This document shows positions 63,299 to 64,000 of a stretch of DNA of 64,000 bases, one piece after another. The stretch lies in contig DASXUF010000173.1 in NCBI GenBank assembly GCA_036504975.1, positions 2,745 to 66,744 on the forward strand, read 5' to 3'. Every line of letters starts with the position of its first letter. Positions within the stretch are counted from its first letter, which is position 1. Source of the stretch: Candidatus Binatia bacterium (GTDB taxonomy: Bacteria; Desulfobacterota; Binatia; UBA9968). The position numbers were made by a program, and so were the translations under genes. Below the pieces are notes generated by a model, which saw nothing but the letters and a program-made list of their open reading frames with translations, did not search any database and was not told the DNA's origin.

Positions 63299-64000
63299 AT
63301 GACGAATCATGCTGTCTCAAATCGAAGTCACCGCGCGTCTCACCGCATCGTCGCAATCGCCGCGTTAATTCTTGCGTTAGGAACTTTGCCGCGGACGGTT
63401 TTTGCCCAGGCGGCCACCGGCGGCTCTGCCGTCAAGATCGGGATCGTCGGCTCCGGCAATTTGGGCGGCGCGGTGGGAGCGCTGTGGGTGAAGAGCGGCC
63501 ATCCGGTGCTGTTCTCTTCCCGGCATCCCGAAGAACTCAAAAAACTCGTCGACGGTCTCGGACCGTTGGCGCGCGCCGGCACGGTGCGCGAAGCGCTCGC
63601 GTTCGTCGACGTCGTTTTCGTCGCGGTGCCCTACGCCGCCTACCCGCAGCTCGGCAAGGATTACGCGCGGGAGTTTGCCGGCAAGATTGTCATCGACGCC
63701 GGCAACGCGGTGCTCGCGCGCGATGGCGAGATCGCCAAAGAAGCGCGCGAGAACGGCATCGGCATCACGTCGGCGAAATATCTCGCCGGGGCGCGCATCG
63801 TTCGCGCGTTCAACACGATGAACTTTCGCCGGCTCGCGAGCAACGCCAACCGACCCGAAGGCCGCATCGCCATCCCCATGGCCGGCGATGACAAGGAGGC
63901 GCTAGCGGTGGCGTCGGCCCTGGTGCGGGACGCGGGCTTCGATCCAGTGATTATCGGCCCGCTCGAACGCGCGAAGGACTTTGCGCAAGGCGCGCCTCTA
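63299..64000 (+). CDS. NADP-binding Rossmann protein of the F420-dependent NADP oxidoreductase / pyrroline-5-carboxylate-reductase-like family, with N-terminal signal-like peptide (partial, continues beyond window)
   Basis: Manual translation: MTNHAVSNRSHRASHRIVAIAALILALGTLPRTVFAQAATGGSAVKIGIVGSGNLGGAVGALWVKSGHPV... GIVGSGNLGG is the dinucleotide-binding motif. No stop before 64000. Confidence 0.6.
   Translation, partial: MTNHAVSNRSHRASHRIVAIAALILALGTLPRTVFAQAATGGSAVKIGIVGSGNLGGAVGALWVKSGHPVLFSSRHPEELKKLVDGLGPLARAGTVREALAFVDVVFVAVPYAAYPQLGKDYAREFAGKIVIDAGNAVLARDGEIAKEARENGIGITSAKYLAGARIVRAFNTMNFRRLASNANRPEGRIAIPMAGDDKEALAVASALVRDAGFDPVIIGPLERAKDFAQGAPL

Overview
High-GC (~62%) bacterial chromosomal segment, densely coding on both strands. 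Six-frame track includes GTG/TTG starts; coordinates refined by reading the sequence. Content in order: (1) A long minus-strand run of orphan periplasmic solute-binding proteins (NMT1/SsuA-like, family-1 Fe3+-type, TAXI) with a dienelactone hydrolase and DUF4262. (2) A tungsten/molybdenum-cofactor locus: aldehyde:ferredoxin oxidoreductase and two divergent MoeA paralogs, one fused to a PBP-like domain, with a possible Moco-type riboswitch between them. (3) Two tandem islets bounded by direct repeats of the 3' end of tRNA-Arg(CCG). They hold an NTase two-gene cassette, an AAA ATPase (DUF4143), a cupin, a DUF4160/DUF2442-like cassette, two SBPs and CoA-transferase A/B, ending at the intact tRNA-Arg. 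(4) A conserved housekeeping block: suhB-like, ispE, spoVG, tRNA-Gln, prs, rplY, pth, rpsF, rpsR, a YybS-like DUF2232 membrane protein, rplI. (5) Assorted metabolic genes: TPR-metzincin, FGE-family, EamA (frameshifted), cupin, class I aldolase, Zn-ADH. (6) A 16-kb head-to-tail array of five paralogous GAF-rich sensor histidine kinases (one with 9 GAF domains, one with a His-rich membrane domain and Cys-rich PAS, one with a periplasmic CXXCH heme-c domain). No response regulator or receiver domain is present in the window. (7) An accessory-looking 3' region (MscS, OCD, SBPs, low-GC hypothetical, BON lipoprotein, repeated gene remnants). It is organised around an ArsR-family regulator and four copies of a perfect 28-bp palindromic operator flanking cupin, heme-oxygenase-like, SBP and reductase genes. 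No CRISPR array, transposase or integrase was found.
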